Assembly (NCBI GenBank): GCA_963714695.1
Contig: CAVQPQ010000001.1
Coordinates: 7,880 to 71,879 of the forward strand
Length of the DNA stretch: 64,000 nt
Direction of reading: 5' to 3'
Source of the DNA: an uncultured Verrucomicrobiae bacterium
Lineage (GTDB): Bacteria; Verrucomicrobiota; Verrucomicrobiia; Limisphaerales; UBA11358
Part shown: positions 63,441-64,000 of the stretch, one piece after another
How the letters are laid out: each line of letters opens with the position of its first letter
How positions within the stretch are numbered: the first letter of the stretch is position 1
The notes under the pieces: model-generated
What the model was told of the DNA's origin: nothing
Seen by the model: only the letters and a program-made list of their open reading frames with translations
Databases searched by the model: none
Made by a program: the position numbers and the translations under genes

Positions 63441-64000
63441 CTATTTTCCCGCCGCCTTAAACTCCCGCACCAGTTTTTCAGCGGTGGCAATCTGATCTGC
63501 GGTCATTGAGGCAGAGCACGTTTTCAATTCATTGGCAGCCTCTTCGTTCCCCTGGAGTTCCGCCAACTTCAGCCACTTGCAGGCTTCCACGTAATCCGGT
63601 TTAACTCCCCGCCCCAATTCGTACATTTTGGCGAGATCTATTTGTGCCTGGGCATGACCAAGCTCTGCGGCTTTTTGGAACCATTGCCCCGCCAGTTCAT
63701 AATTCTGCCGGACCCCCAGGCCGTTGCGATGGAGGACGCCGAGATTATACTGGGCGTCGGCATTTCCTTGGGCGGCCGCCCGCTCAAACCATGGGGCGGC
63801 GCCCGCATAATCCCGCCCCATCGCCAGCAGCATGGCCAGACTGTTCTGCGCGTCGCTGTGTCCCTTCTCCGCCGCCCGTTGATACCAGACGGCCGCCTCG
63901 GCCAGGTCCCGTTTCACCCCGAAGCCGTTTTGATAGGCCCGCCCAAGATTGTATTGTGCCTCCAGGTCGCCTTTCGGCGCGGCGGAAATCAAATCCAAAA
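63441..64000 (-). CDS. Sel1-repeat (TPR-like) protein, 5' partial (start beyond window)
   Basis: Repeated AQYNLGxxYxNGxGVxxDxxxAxxWxxKAAxxG units. The ORF is open to the window edge. Confidence 0.8.
   Translation of the reverse strand, partial: LDLISAAPKGDLEAQYNLGRAYQNGFGVKRDLAEAAVWYQRAAEKGHSDAQNSLAMLLAMGRDYAGAAPWFERAAAQGNADAQYNLGVLHRNGLGVRQNYELAGQWFQKAAELGHAQAQIDLAKMYELGRGVKPDYVEACKWLKLAELQGNEEAANELKTCSASMTADQIATAEKLVREFKAAGK

Overview
High-GC bacterial chromosome segment. It is probably from the PVC superphylum and looks Verrucomicrobiota-like: prepilin-type N-terminal methylation protein, choice-of-anchor-Q beta-helix protein, giant NHL and PD40 beta-propeller proteins, and dense palindromic repeats that translate to WERRRPAGE- or GEG-type junk peptides. 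The taxon call is inference only.

I support about 50 protein genes. Housekeeping genes are metG, glnS, purE, queD, bcp, pgsA, aspC-like, pfkA, glgP and hrpB. Conserved clusters:
- a luxC/luxE-like acyl reductase/synthetase pair
- a yjfL-yjfM-yjfC-like cluster plus a DUF4178 gene
- algI/algJ-like O-acyltransferase genes followed by a pseudopilin-like gene and a PD40 giant gene
- an ABC-2 permease pair
- a two-gene membrane/coiled-coil operon with a MotA/ExbB-like C-terminus

Accessory and degraded DNA:
- an IS4-family element next to a GHKL-ATPase pseudogene, a tRNA 3'-end-like fragment and an AbiEi/AbiEii module (about 724-5150)
- a hicAB cassette bracketed by two copies of the glnS 3' end
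- a similar purE 3'-end duplication around a 438-bp insert
- a junk insert (methylase fragment, frameshifted DUF559 gene) splitting the ABC-2 permease pair
- a low-GC islet with a transposase relic (59.8-60.9 kb)

No rRNA, intact tRNA or CRISPR array was found.

The most unusual signal is the repeat landscape. At least seven families of about 55-145-bp palindromic elements are present, plus several arrays of tandem heptanucleotides. Several of these lie inside uninterrupted ORFs of conserved genes (luxE, luxC, hrpB, glnS and the PD40 gene).

All functional calls come from motif recognition by eye and memory of protein families. No database search was run.
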